DNA from: Candidatus Latescibacterota bacterium
Lineage (GTDB): Bacteria; Latescibacterota; UBA2968; GCA-2709665
Direction of reading: 5' to 3'
Assembly: GCA_965208835.1 (NCBI GenBank)
Contig: OZ242358.1
Span: 3,872,001-3,936,000 of the forward strand
Length of the DNA: 64,000 nt
Made by a program: the position numbers and the translations under genes. Below, piece by piece: positions 19,319 through 29,476 of the stretch (the first letter of the stretch is position 1; the number at the start of each line of letters is the position of its first letter). The notes beneath the pieces are model-generated. The model did no database searches, was not told where the DNA came from, and was given only the letters and a program-made list of their open reading frames with translations.

Positions 19319-20782
19319 CTAGGCGAACCAGTACGAATAAAGATCCGCCTGCCTGAGGTAGAACTTCAGCCTGATTTCCTTACCCTTCAGCGGATCCAGA
19401 TCCGTCCGCTCAATCCACGTCAGCCGATGGGAGATCGCGTCTCCGTCCAGCGTGGCGCACCGGACCGCGGCGTATTCCGGCGCGTGGTATCCATCCTGTT
19501 CGATAACGGAGACCGCGAGTTCACCGCCTCTGGCATCCGCGTTCACATGGAGTGAGCCTCCCGGACATATCATCGGCTTCGTCAACACCCACCCCGCCTG
19601 TTCCCCCGCAGCCAGACTCACGAATCCGTCCCTGCGAAGTCGCGCAAGCCCCGGAAGTTTCGTGTAGGACAAGCCGTGGCCATGCACGGCCATTCCGAAG
19701 TAAAACCAGAGTTCGTCCCCGACGACCACCGGCGAGTTGCAGGGCCAGATGACTCCGGAGTCCAGGCCTCCCGGAGTGGTATCCAGAAACGGCACGCGAC
19801 CCTCTGGCCGATTCCAGTGAACCCCGTCACGGCTCGTTACCAGCTCAATGTAGCACCGGCCCAGCATCGCGGAATGTGCCGGCCAGTCCGGCAGCCGGTA
19901 GGGGAACCGCTTGGGGCGCTCTTCGGCAAACCCTTCGTGCACGCATAGCAGCCCGACGTACATCCTTTCGTAGAAGAACACGCCGATCGTCTGGAACTCC
20001 GTACCGGCCGGATCGTCGACGTTCGGCGCGAGTACCGTTTCGAGTTCGGTCCACCCGCTCAGATCCTCGCTCTCGCTTCTGGCGATCAGACGCATCGCGA
20101 GGCCTTCCGGATCGATCACTTCGTCAGGACGAGCGACCTGCGGGCGGAAATAGGCTACGTAGCGTCCGATGTTCTCGTCCCACCCCGCCATGCAGTTCAG
20201 CCCGTCGGAATGCCCGATACGGCTTGGTACGCGTGCCTTTTGCACGCCGGACCACGACACTCCGTCGGACGAAAAGCTGATACTGTGGGGGTAATACAGC
20301 ATCTTGTATCTGCGGGCGTCGTCCGATTCGTGTTCGTCGATAACGACGCTCGGCAGGGATCCCGGCGGCTCGAATAAGACGTTGTTTTCCGTACTCCCGT
20401 TGATGTCGACACGATTCAATGCCGGAAGCCGCCAGTGAATGCCGTTCTGGGACTCCGCGTAGGCCACCACAGGCGTCCCGCCCCCGTATCCGAAGTCCCT
20501 GATTCCCGGGGGTTTCGTCTGGTAATACATCTGAAACACGCCGGACGGGCCGCGAACCACCGACGTGGGCGTCAGGGCAGGGTTGAGCTTCGGGACGCCG
20601 CCCTCACTCGGTACCCGGTCCTCCTCGTACCGCACGCCCTCCCGCGCGTCGTGAAACTGATTGCCGACGAGCAGAGGATTCCCGACGTATTTGACCGGCG
20701 AGTGGTATTGCCGCGAGACACGAAAAGTCTCCGCGACCCCCTCGTCATCCAGAAACAACTGACGCTTGTCAATTGCCGACAT
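19319..20782 (-). CDS. Putative glycoside hydrolase (GH32/43-like beta-propeller clan)
   Basis: QLFLDD, YAES.NGIHW..P, YKMLY, SRDGVHW, ELWFY, LRRDGFVSL, L.VNA patterns. Confidence 0.6.
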   Translation of the reverse strand: MSAIDKRQLFLDDEGVAETFRVSRQYHSPVKYVGNPLLVGNQFHDAREGVRYEEDRVPSEGGVPKLNPALTPTSVVRGPSGVFQMYYQTKPPGIRDFGYGGGTPVVAYAESQNGIHWRLPALNRVDINGSTENNVLFEPPGSLPSVVIDEHESDDARRYKMLYYPHSISFSSDGVSWSGVQKARVPSRIGHSDGLNCMAGWDENIGRYVAYFRPQVARPDEVIDPEGLAMRLIARSESEDLSGWTELETVLAPNVDDPAGTEFQTIGVFFYERMYVGLLCVHEGFAEERPKRFPYRLPDWPAHSAMLGRCYIELVTSRDGVHWNRPEGRVPFLDTTPGGLDSGVIWPCNSPVVVGDELWFYFGMAVHGHGLSYTKLPGLARLRRDGFVSLAAGEQAGWVLTKPMICPGGSLHVNADARGGELAVSVIEQDGYHAPEYAAVRCATLDGDAISHRLTWIERTDLDPLKGKEIRLKFYLRQADLYSYWFA

Positions 20783-20916
20783 GAATTAATCCAACAGGAA
20801 TGGATATCAATCAGAAAAAGCGGCCGAGGTCAGGATATTTGTTCCACTCGCTCCTGCCGACATGCAATTTGGCGTCTAAGTTGAGACTTGTCAACGGGTA
20901 TCGCTTCCAGATAATG

Positions 20917-20942
20917 AAAAAAGGTCGGGAGATCCCGACCTT
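20917..20942 (-). terminator. Rho-independent terminator
   Basis: Minus strand aaggtcggg-atct-cccgacctt followed by a T run. Confidence 0.65.
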
Positions 20943-21091
20943 GGACACTATCTGCGACCCGTTAAGTTGTGAACGAAAGACAATCGTCAAGAATACCAAA
21001 CTTTATACGGGACAGTCTGATGGTCAAGCGCGACAGACTGGCGCCAATCCGCTTGAGTGATTCCGTGCCGTGTACCGGAATAGGTCTTGTT

Positions 21092-23647
21092 CTACCCCCC
21101 CGCAGCCATCCCGAAGACTGCGGCGAAGAGGATGAAATCGGCGAAGCTGATCTGCTCATCGCCGTTCAGGTCCAGATTCGCCTTGAAATTCGGATCGCCG
21201 GAACCGGCGCCGAAACTGCTGGCGAAAATCACGAAGTCACCGAACCCGACGATCCCGTCGCCGTCGAAGTCGGCCCGTCGCGGATCGGTCACGGGGGCGT
21301 CTTCGTAGACCGGCCGCCCCCGAACGGCGATGCCCCGGGGCCCGTCTTCCAGCGTGAGCGTCTTGCGGATGAATCCCGATGCCGCATCGATAAACAGCAG
21401 TTCGTTCGAGTCCTGGTTGGCCGCGTACACGGTCTTGCCGTCGGCGGACACGGCGACGTCGCGCGTTTCCCTCCCGCGCGACGCCCACTTGAGAATAACG
21501 CGATTCAGTTCCGTGTTGATAACGAGCACCCTTGCGTTGGTCCGGTCCGTGGCATAGAGGCGTTTCCCGTCAGGCGAAAGGGCAAGCCGGAAGACGCTCG
21601 CGGCTGGCTGGTCGATTTCACTGACGACCTCGTTCGTTTCGGTATCGATTACCGAAACGCCGGCCCCGTCACCGCTGCGTCCGAACCTGGAAACGTAGAG
21701 GCGGTCTCCGGACGGAGAAAGCAGCAGGGAGCGCGGCGAGACCGGCACGTCGATGCGGTGGGCCACCTGCCCGGATTCGATATCCACCACCATGACCTGA
21801 TTCCCGTCTATATCCGCTGCGTATAGCCACTCTTCATTCGGGCCGACCGCGATGCCGAATGGACCCCGTGACTGTTCTCCTCCACCTGAAACGGGCGTGG
21901 AAATGCGCCTCCGCTCCCGGAGGCTGCCGACTTCCACCACCGATACCGTCTGGTCCGCGGCATTGCTCACATATACTTGCGACCCGTTTCGGGACATCGC
22001 CAGATCCAGCGGTTCACGCCCCACCCGAATGACCTGGACTTCATGCGTGGCCGTATCAATTGCCATCAGCTTGTTTTCAGATCCGTCCGTATCAGCGCCG
22101 TTGTTCGCGACGTAGACATACCGCTCGTCGGGCGTCAACAAAACGCTCAAAGGGTCGCCTCCCAGCGGTATCCGGGCTACTTCCCGGTCCAGACCCGTAT
22201 CGTACACGACCAGTTGCCGCGAACGACGCAGCGCCACGTACACGACCGGCTCGCCTGAGAGTGCCAGCACTTCAAAGCGGAGTTCCGGCAGTTCCTCGGC
22301 GGGATAGACCGTTTCATTGCCCTGACTGTCCTGTGCCCGGAACCGATAGGTAAACACCGTACCGCGCTTCCGTCCCGGAAACTCGGCGGAGTAAAACCGT
22401 CCATGTTCCGGCTGCAACACCAACGTCTGGACCGGCCCGCCGTCGATCCGGTAGTCCGCCTCGACCAAAACAATCGGGTCCTCATCCAGAATGCGGACGT
22501 GTAGTCGATACGGCCCCGAGGGGCTCGGCGTGTTGTTCGGCAGTACGGTCGGTTGAACATCCGGAAAGCCAGGTAGGGCCGTTCCCAGCGTAAAGTCGAC
22601 CGAAGCCACACTCCTGCCTGGGGCAACGCGAACCACGTCGGCAACGTCCCGGATCGCCCGATTGTCGTAGTATTCCTCAGGGAAGCCGGCTTCGAACTCG
22701 CTGTAAATGCCGCTGAAATTCCGCGTGGTTACCGATCCGCTCACCGGTTCGATGCCCACCTGATATTCACCGGGCGGCAGGCCTTTGATTTCGTATTCTG
22801 CGTCTCCGCCGATCCCCCTGTTTTCACCTGTGGTTCCCGACAGGACGCCGGCGGCGAACTCACCGGTATCCGCGCGATATGCAACCACGTGTACGCCAAA
22901 TGCTCCGGTGCCGTCACGGCGCGTCACCCGTCCGGAAATTGCGCCGGTGGATGTGATCGCCTCCGTCGACGGATACAAAGCCGAAACCCCCGCACGGTCG
23001 TCCGTCGTAAGGGTTCGTTCCTCTCCAAAGTAAAAGGGATACATCGACGGGCGAACGGTTCGATCTCCCGCCAGCGGCGAATGTGCAAGTCCCAGCAGGT
23101 GGCCGATCTCGTGGACCAGCACATCCTGCATATCCACCAGTCCGCCCTCCTGATCCGGATTTCCCGCCGAATAGGAATAGTCTCGACCGTTGAAGACGAT
23201 ATCCACATCGGTTATGTGTCCCTGGACGTCCCAATTCATCCGCGCGAACGCAATTACGCCTCCACCACCGCGTTCGGGGAAATTACTGGCGCTCCGGTCA
23301 TAGACAATTACGTTTTTCCCGTCGGTGGTTGACACTTCCAGATTGCCGACGCCCCGGTTCCTGAACGAGGCGAATGAAATGGGAACCTCCTCCCAGGCTG
23401 CGAAGCTGTCGTTTACCAGGCGTCTTACATGTCTGTCCAGGAAAGGAAACTGGTCGATCTTAAGCCAGAATTCGATCGCGCGCGCTTTTCCCGCCGACCA
23501 TCGCACCGTGACAATCTGGCCCTGGCTGTTCCGGTGCATCTGAAACACGTAGGAAAACGCAGGAGTTGCCGGAAAGCACCCCGCCAGTACTGACGCGACA
23601 AGCCAGACGTACAATCGACGCGTCCTGTTTCCAATATTGTGTCTCAT
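21092..23647 (-). CDS. Secreted matrixin-like (M10) metalloprotease + carboxypeptidase-regulatory-like/Ig domains + YVTN beta-propeller + dockerin/EF-hand
   Basis: HEIGHLLGLAHS zinc motif with Met-turn SMYP; repeated SPDG..LYV.N blades; C-terminal DFDGDGIVGFGDF...DLNGDEQISFADF. Confidence 0.85.
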   Translation of the reverse strand: MRHNIGNRTRRLYVWLVASVLAGCFPATPAFSYVFQMHRNSQGQIVTVRWSAGKARAIEFWLKIDQFPFLDRHVRRLVNDSFAAWEEVPISFASFRNRGVGNLEVSTTDGKNVIVYDRSASNFPERGGGGVIAFARMNWDVQGHITDVDIVFNGRDYSYSAGNPDQEGGLVDMQDVLVHEIGHLLGLAHSPLAGDRTVRPSMYPFYFGEERTLTTDDRAGVSALYPSTEAITSTGAISGRVTRRDGTGAFGVHVVAYRADTGEFAAGVLSGTTGENRGIGGDAEYEIKGLPPGEYQVGIEPVSGSVTTRNFSGIYSEFEAGFPEEYYDNRAIRDVADVVRVAPGRSVASVDFTLGTALPGFPDVQPTVLPNNTPSPSGPYRLHVRILDEDPIVLVEADYRIDGGPVQTLVLQPEHGRFYSAEFPGRKRGTVFTYRFRAQDSQGNETVYPAEELPELRFEVLALSGEPVVYVALRRSRQLVVYDTGLDREVARIPLGGDPLSVLLTPDERYVYVANNGADTDGSENKLMAIDTATHEVQVIRVGREPLDLAMSRNGSQVYVSNAADQTVSVVEVGSLRERRRISTPVSGGGEQSRGPFGIAVGPNEEWLYAADIDGNQVMVVDIESGQVAHRIDVPVSPRSLLLSPSGDRLYVSRFGRSGDGAGVSVIDTETNEVVSEIDQPAASVFRLALSPDGKRLYATDRTNARVLVINTELNRVILKWASRGRETRDVAVSADGKTVYAANQDSNELLFIDAASGFIRKTLTLEDGPRGIAVRGRPVYEDAPVTDPRRADFDGDGIVGFGDFVIFASSFGAGSGDPNFKANLDLNGDEQISFADFILFAAVFGMAAGG

Positions 23648-23650
23648 AAC

Positions 23651-24043
23651 TCAGTCCTGTTGTATCAGCACCGGTTCCGGCGTCTCCTGATCCACGTACC
23701 ACACCTCTTGCCGACCGTCTCCGTTCAGGTCCGCACGTGCTTCCGCAACGAACGTCGACCCTTCCACCGTCACTCGATAACGGAACCTCCCGGGCACCTC
23801 GTTAAGCTTGAGAACCTCACCGCTTTTTTCACTGTCTATGGGCAGATAAGTTCCATGTTCCTTCAAGTGCGCATGCTCCAGCCCGTAGATCAACTCGAGG
23901 TGCATTCGGGCCCGGGCGCGTTCGCTGTCGTCCGGAGACCGAGCCGTAAGCCGATAGATCATCAGCCCACAAAACAGCACCAGTATCAGGACCGGCGTGA
24001 GATGTTTCCCGATGGAGAGTCCTCGTTCAGATACATCGGGCAC
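23651..24043 (-). CDS. Type IV pilin-like small membrane-anchored protein
   Basis: Probable GTG start after GGAG; ERG then a hydrophobic helix; F.AEARADLNGDG..EVW.VD C-terminus; lacks the canonical E5. Confidence 0.5.
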   Translation of the reverse strand: MPDVSERGLSIGKHLTPVLILVLFCGLMIYRLTARSPDDSERARARMHLELIYGLEHAHLKEHGTYLPIDSEKSGEVLKLNEVPGRFRYRVTVEGSTFVAEARADLNGDGRQEVWYVDQETPEPVLIQQD

Positions 24044-24045
24044 CG

Positions 24046-25794
24046 CTATTTCTCCCCTTCGAGCTTTGAAGACGTCCAAACGTAGAAATTCAGACGCTCC
24101 TCAGCGGTCGTCTCCCATCGGGAAACGACACTTATTGTATCTTTAAGTGCGAACAAGGGTTCGGCGGCAACGAACGGTCTGACCGCACCCGGCGTCCACG
24201 AACGGTTGCCGTCGAAGTCGACGAAAGCCAGCACCCGGTAATTCCCGGGTGGCAACCCTTCCAGAGCGTATGAAGAGTCACCGGGCGCGACGGTGAGTGT
24301 ATGCGTTTTTTCGGACGCGGAAATCGGCCGCGCCCGCACCACGACATGCGTCTTTGACACGACAACCGACCCACTCAAGATGCCCTGGTCCTCGGGCGAC
24401 GCAACCGAAAACCTGAACACAATCTCGCCTTCGGCAGGGTTACCGGAAACATCCCTAACCAGGTCGGCCCGTGCCCGCAAAGCGTATGACTTCCCGGAGT
24501 CCCAGGCCTGAAGGGGCCGGAATGCAAGCCGGTTGGGTAACGGCCATGAAAACCGTCCTTCAGGTGCGTCAGTGCTGTCGGAAACGACCCAGAACCCAGG
24601 TTCCGTAACGGCGGACATCGCCTCGCTGAAGTCAATACGTAACGCGGCATTCTCCGAAACGTGCCGTGCTTCAATTCCAGGATCGACGCGAACCGGAACG
24701 GGCGCCCGCCGGTCAGGCCGTCCCTCGCCGCGGACTCTCGCCGCCTCGCCGGGTGCGATCGGATTCCCGAATCGATCTTCGATCCCGCCCAACTCCACCC
24801 TGTATTCCGTTCCGGCAGTCTGCGGGCCGGTAACCAGCCACACCCGGCTGGAGTCCTTCACGTCCGGGTAGATCGCTTGCACCTCGAGCAATCCGTCGTC
24901 GCCGGTTATCCGGGGTGGCGAAAACAAAATCACGGGTTCGTCGAACCGCAGCGACAGGCGCCGCCGGTCAGGTGTCCGCGCAGAAATAAAACGCGGCGGC
25001 ACGCTGTCACGCACCGCCATCTTCAGCAGGCTCAATTGCACCCGGCCGTCGCCTGATCCAAGCGGGATGTCCCCCGGCGGCACCGCCAGGGGCTCGCCGG
25101 GATTGTACGCCTGGTCGCGGTCGCCATCCTGGAATGCGAATATCCGGTACCGACCCGCCCCCAATCGTACAAATCGGTACGTCCCGTCGGCACCGGGTTG
25201 TGTCACGTATGCAGGAGGGTCGGCCGCAGGATCGGGATCACCGGCGCCGGTCAGGTCATACGCCCATACGTAGACCTGTCCCCGCTTTCCGGTACTCGGC
25301 TGGACGCTTCCGTAGATTTCGCCACCACTCAACCGGTCGCCGGTTGAGAACGCGAAGCTGTAGGACGCCACCATACGGTTGAACGACTCGTCTGAACTGC
25401 CGGCGCCAACCGACACGACGTAGGTACGATCCTCGCGGAGGCCTTCGCGTGGACGAATTTCAAGCTCCCGTCCGCGCCATCTGAATTCCGGCTCGGTGGA
25501 AAAGCGCGGCGAAATGAATATCGCGCGCGTCACCGATCGGCGGTTCATGGATTCACTGAACCCGATTCGAATGCGGGTATCCGTTCCCACGCCCACGGAA
25601 TCGGCCGCCGGCGTCGTGTGGACAACCCGCGGCGGGGTCGCATCCGGTGGACCGCCGGGCGGCGGTCTGGGGTTCGCGCACGCGGCTGCGAGAAGCGGCA
25701 AGAGGCCCACCAGAACACGAGCCGTCTTCTTCCGGATGGAAAAAGACAGGCGTACCGTGAATGGCCATCCGCCTACCTCCTTGTCCGTTCTCAC
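24046..25794 (-). CDS. Ig-like (Big_5/SbsA-type) domain lipoprotein
   Basis: Lipobox LAAAC followed by ANPRPPPGGPPDATPP; repeated I.FSE.M and FDEPV Ig motifs; start uncertain. Confidence 0.8.
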   Translation of the reverse strand: MRTDKEVGGWPFTVRLSFSIRKKTARVLVGLLPLLAAACANPRPPPGGPPDATPPRVVHTTPAADSVGVGTDTRIRIGFSESMNRRSVTRAIFISPRFSTEPEFRWRGRELEIRPREGLREDRTYVVSVGAGSSDESFNRMVASYSFAFSTGDRLSGGEIYGSVQPSTGKRGQVYVWAYDLTGAGDPDPAADPPAYVTQPGADGTYRFVRLGAGRYRIFAFQDGDRDQAYNPGEPLAVPPGDIPLGSGDGRVQLSLLKMAVRDSVPPRFISARTPDRRRLSLRFDEPVILFSPPRITGDDGLLEVQAIYPDVKDSSRVWLVTGPQTAGTEYRVELGGIEDRFGNPIAPGEAARVRGEGRPDRRAPVPVRVDPGIEARHVSENAALRIDFSEAMSAVTEPGFWVVSDSTDAPEGRFSWPLPNRLAFRPLQAWDSGKSYALRARADLVRDVSGNPAEGEIVFRFSVASPEDQGILSGSVVVSKTHVVVRARPISASEKTHTLTVAPGDSSYALEGLPPGNYRVLAFVDFDGNRSWTPGAVRPFVAAEPLFALKDTISVVSRWETTAEERLNFYVWTSSKLEGEK

Positions 25795-25798
25795 GTCG

Positions 25799-26704
25799 CT
25801 ACGCTCTCGGATGCGCCTGCCGATAGGCCTTCTTTAGTCGTTCCACGCTCACGTGGGTATAAATCTGCGTTGTGGACAGGCTCGCGTGCCCAAGCATCTC
25901 CTTTACCGCATTCAGATCGGCGCCCCGGTCCAGTAAATGGGTAGCGAATGTATGCCTGAGTGTATGCGGCCCCAGACGGCCCCTGCCCGTCGCCTCTTCG
26001 AGATGCCCCACCACCCGGTCCTGAATCCCGCTTGCGCTCAACGCCCTGCCGGAACGGCTCAGGAAGAAACGACGGCGGTCAACCTGGGGCGCATCGGCAG
26101 GCAACAATTCCGACCGGCGTGCGAGATATCTGCGGAGGGCCTCCCGGGCAGGCCTTCCGACGGGCACGAGTCGCTCCCTGCCTCCCTTCCCGGTCACCCG
26201 GACGGTCCCCGTGTCCAGGTCCAGGCTATCCATACTGATTTCCGCGAGTTCCCGCAAACGAATGCCGGAACTGTAGAACAACTCGAGAATCGCCCGGTCT
26301 CGCAAACCCAATGCCGTATCCGGCGACGGATTTTCCAGCACGCGACGCACTTCTCCAATGTCCAGATGTACCGGCAGGGTCGTCTCCTGCCTTGGCGGAC
26401 GGACCTGAAGTGCCGGGTTCTTCCGCAGGCGGCCCAGGCGGCACAGAAAGGCAAAAAACGTCCGCAGCGAAGCCAGCTTCCGTGCGATTGAACGCCGGCC
26501 GAATCCCGCGCCATTGAGATGCCCCAGGAACGCCCGTACGTCCTCACGAGCAACGCTCCTCGCCTCCGGATCTTCCGAACACGACCTGACCTGCAGGAAA
26601 GAAAGGAACCCTTCCAGGTCCGTACGGTAGGCCCGAGACGTGTGCGGCGACAGACGACGTTCGTTGGCGATATGGCGCAGAAATTCCGCGATCAATTCGT
26701 GCAT
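25799..26704 (-). CDS. xerC: Tyrosine recombinase XerC
   Basis: S.HT..AY..DL, RDRAILELFYSSGIR, GKGGRERLVP, HTLRHTFATHLL, LGHASLSTTQIYTHV, AHPRA; lies downstream of topA. Confidence 0.9.
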   Translation of the reverse strand: MHELIAEFLRHIANERRLSPHTSRAYRTDLEGFLSFLQVRSCSEDPEARSVAREDVRAFLGHLNGAGFGRRSIARKLASLRTFFAFLCRLGRLRKNPALQVRPPRQETTLPVHLDIGEVRRVLENPSPDTALGLRDRAILELFYSSGIRLRELAEISMDSLDLDTGTVRVTGKGGRERLVPVGRPAREALRRYLARRSELLPADAPQVDRRRFFLSRSGRALSASGIQDRVVGHLEEATGRGRLGPHTLRHTFATHLLDRGADLNAVKEMLGHASLSTTQIYTHVSVERLKKAYRQAHPRA

Positions 26705-26814
26705 AAACAGGGCACCCTTATTGGAGCCGATACCTGCCAAGGGAACGGGGTACGCGGACATAACGGCAGGGCCGGCGGCGATTGCCGGTTTCAAACCGAC
26801 TTCCGCAGGCGGTC

Positions 26815-29070
26815 TTACGCCCTTTCCTCCTCCGGGGCGGGCATCGCATGCCTGCACTTCAGGCAACGGAGGGACGTGCGGCCATTGCGACCGGCATGTT
26901 CAGCCAGAAACGGTCCTTCACACATTGGGCACGGCAGGTTCAACGGCCGGTCCCAACTCGCGTACGTGCACTCCGGAAAATTGCCGCAACCGAAGAACGT
27001 CCTGCCCCGCCGACTGCTGCGTTCCTTGAGTTGTCCGTTGCATTTTTCCTGCGGACAGGGCACTCCCGTCGAAATCGACCGGGTATTTCTGCACTTCGGG
27101 TACCCCGAGCAGGCAAGAAAACGTCCATTGCGTCCAGTACGAATGGCCATTTCCGACCCGCATTTCTCGCAGACTTCGCCCGACGGTTCCGCCTCGGAAG
27201 CCTCGAGCGGATGGGTATTGCGGCATTCAGGAAATCCGGAACAGGCCAGAAAGCGGCCGTTGCGACCCCACTTGATCACAAAGACCTTTCCGCACTTCTC
27301 GCAGATTCTGTCCGTCTCCTCCTGGAGCGACGCCTTCAGTTCCTTGCGCTGCCCTTCCGCTCTTTGCAGATCCGTGGCAAACGGACCATAGAAGTCTTCC
27401 ACCACCTTCACCCAGCCTGCCTCGCCGTTTTCCACCTGGTCGAGCTCGTCTTCCATCCTCGCGGTGAAATCCACATTGAAAACATCGGGAAACGCCTGGA
27501 CCAGAATTCCGTTGACGGTACGCCCCAGATCCGTCGGCACGAACCGTCCGCTCTTTCTTGCCGTGTAGTCCCGGTCCTGGAGCGTGCTGATAATCTGAGC
27601 GTATGTACTGGGGCGTCCTATTGCGCGTGACTCCAGCTCCCTGACGAGGGTGGCCTCGGAGAATCTCGCGGGCGGCTTCGTGAAGTGCTGCTCGGGAAGC
27701 AGTGACATCATCGTCAGGACATCTCCCTTCTTCAAGCCATCCGGGAGACGCGTCTCGTCCTTCTCGGGATCGTCGTCCTTGCCCTCCGCATATAGCGCCG
27801 TAAAACCGGCGAATTTCAGCACCGACCCGGTTGCCCGCAATTCATACTCGCCCGCACGGATATCCACAGCCGTCCGATTGAACACCGCCGACGACATCTG
27901 GCAGGCGATGAACCGATCCCAGATCAATTGATAGAGTTTCGACTGATCGGCAGTCAGTTGCGCCTGGACAACCTCCGGAGGGCGCTGAATGTCCGTGGGG
28001 CGTATCGCCTCGTGCGCATCCTGCGCCCCCTTTCCCTTCCGGTAGGATCTTGCCCGGACGGGCAGATACGCCTCCCCGAACCGCTGCCGGATATAGTCTC
28101 TCGCCGACGATACCGCGTCGCTCGCTATCCGGGTGGAGTCGGTTCGCATATAGGTAATCAAACCGGTCGTTTCGGTCGCACTTTGCGTTCCACTTCGTAC
28201 CTCAATGCCTTCGTAAAGTTGCTGGGCCACCTGCATCGTCTTCCGCGCAGTAAATCGCAGCCTTCGAGACGCCTCCTGTTGCAGTGTACTCGTAATGAAG
28301 GGCGGCGCCGGATTGCGCCGTTGCACCTGTCGTTTTACGTCGGCGATCCGGTATCCGGGATCGGAGGCTGCCGCGCGCAGATCCAGAAGGATACGGTCCA
28401 CCTCCTCCCGGTCCTTCAGCGCCAGCTTTTCACCCTTTAGCCGGACCAACCGCGCCCTGAACGGTAAGGTATCCTCACGCTTCACCTTCGCGTCGACGGT
28501 CCAGTATTCTTCGGGAACGAACGCTTCGATCGCCGCCTCCCTCTCGCAGATCAATCGGAGCGCGACGGACTGAACCCGGCCGGCGCTCAGACCGCCGTGA
28601 ACCGTCTTCCAAAGTAGTGGACTGACCTTGTACCCCACGAGGCGGTCCAGAACCCTGCGGGCCTGCTGAGCGTCCACCTTCCTCAGATCGATTTCTGAGG
28701 GGTTGGCCACCGCCTCCCTGACCGCCCGTTCCGTTATCTCGTTGAACATGACCCTCTGGGCATCGTTAACCCGCTTGAGCGCCTCGGCCACGTGCCATGC
28801 GATGGCTTCCCCTTCACGGTCGGGGTCCGTCGCCAGAATCAGCCGCCCCGCCGAACGCGCAGCCGCGCGAAGCTCCCTGACGAAATTGTTCCGATCGCGG
28901 ATAGTACGATACGTGGGCTTGAATCCGTTAGCGACGTCGATGCCGAGTTCCTTCTTCGGCAGGTCACGGACGTGTCCCATGCTGGCCATTACCTTGAAGT
29001 CTTTTCCGAGTATCTTGTTGATCGTCCTCGCCTTGGCCGGCGACTCGACCACCACCAGCGCATCCGGCAT
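26815..29070 (-). CDS. topA: DNA topoisomerase I
   Basis: VVVESPAKA, ATDPDREGEAI, SAGRVQS, LITYMRTDS, C-terminal C4 zinc ribbons. Confidence 0.97.
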   Translation of the reverse strand: MPDALVVVESPAKARTINKILGKDFKVMASMGHVRDLPKKELGIDVANGFKPTYRTIRDRNNFVRELRAAARSAGRLILATDPDREGEAIAWHVAEALKRVNDAQRVMFNEITERAVREAVANPSEIDLRKVDAQQARRVLDRLVGYKVSPLLWKTVHGGLSAGRVQSVALRLICEREAAIEAFVPEEYWTVDAKVKREDTLPFRARLVRLKGEKLALKDREEVDRILLDLRAAASDPGYRIADVKRQVQRRNPAPPFITSTLQQEASRRLRFTARKTMQVAQQLYEGIEVRSGTQSATETTGLITYMRTDSTRIASDAVSSARDYIRQRFGEAYLPVRARSYRKGKGAQDAHEAIRPTDIQRPPEVVQAQLTADQSKLYQLIWDRFIACQMSSAVFNRTAVDIRAGEYELRATGSVLKFAGFTALYAEGKDDDPEKDETRLPDGLKKGDVLTMMSLLPEQHFTKPPARFSEATLVRELESRAIGRPSTYAQIISTLQDRDYTARKSGRFVPTDLGRTVNGILVQAFPDVFNVDFTARMEDELDQVENGEAGWVKVVEDFYGPFATDLQRAEGQRKELKASLQEETDRICEKCGKVFVIKWGRNGRFLACSGFPECRNTHPLEASEAEPSGEVCEKCGSEMAIRTGRNGRFLACSGYPKCRNTRSISTGVPCPQEKCNGQLKERSSRRGRTFFGCGNFPECTYASWDRPLNLPCPMCEGPFLAEHAGRNGRTSLRCLKCRHAMPAPEEERA

Positions 29071-29143
29071 ATTGTCTCCCAAAAGAACGAGCCACGTCGA
29101 AAGAATTCATCGAGTGACTCACCCCGGTTACGATAGGTTGTAA

Positions 29144-29305
29144 GAAGCTGTTTTAAAATTACCGGTGAGTTCTCGAGCGCGAGCGAAAAAGTGGCGGTCA
29201 AGGCGGGAGAATCCGCACATATTTGTCTATACGGGTGGGTTTGACCAACGCCGACCGGCGCTTTTGCAGCCGCGCGAAGACCGCTGGGGATTTTAAGACA
29301 GCTTC
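29144..29305 (+). mobile_element. MITE-like element copy 1 (162 bp, short variant)
   Basis: TIR GAAGCTGT.TTAAAAT...ATTTTAAGACAGCTTC flanked by TAA/TAA; near-identical to 60901-61062 in reverse. Confidence 0.8.
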
Positions 29306-29399
29306 TAAGATTCGGAAAGACAGGATTGCATCCCTAGAAAAGCGTCGCCTGACGATCTCTGCGGGTGCCTCGTGTGTCACGTGCAACGCGTCCGATTCA

Positions 29400-29428
29400 A
29401 AAATACGAGCGCCCCAGTCAAAAGTCAA
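29400..29428 (-). promoter_or_regulatory. Putative sigma70 promoter for topA-xerC
   Basis: TTGACT-N17-TATTTT on the minus strand in an AT-rich intergenic region. Confidence 0.5.
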
Positions 29429-29476
29429 GGCTAAACTAATAAGATATTGTAATGCATATATTTATACCATGCAATA

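Noticed and set aside
25799-26704. Tyrosine recombinase as a prophage or island integrase
   Set aside because: It has the XerC-type C-terminus (AHPRA) and housekeeping topA context, with no phage genes nearby.
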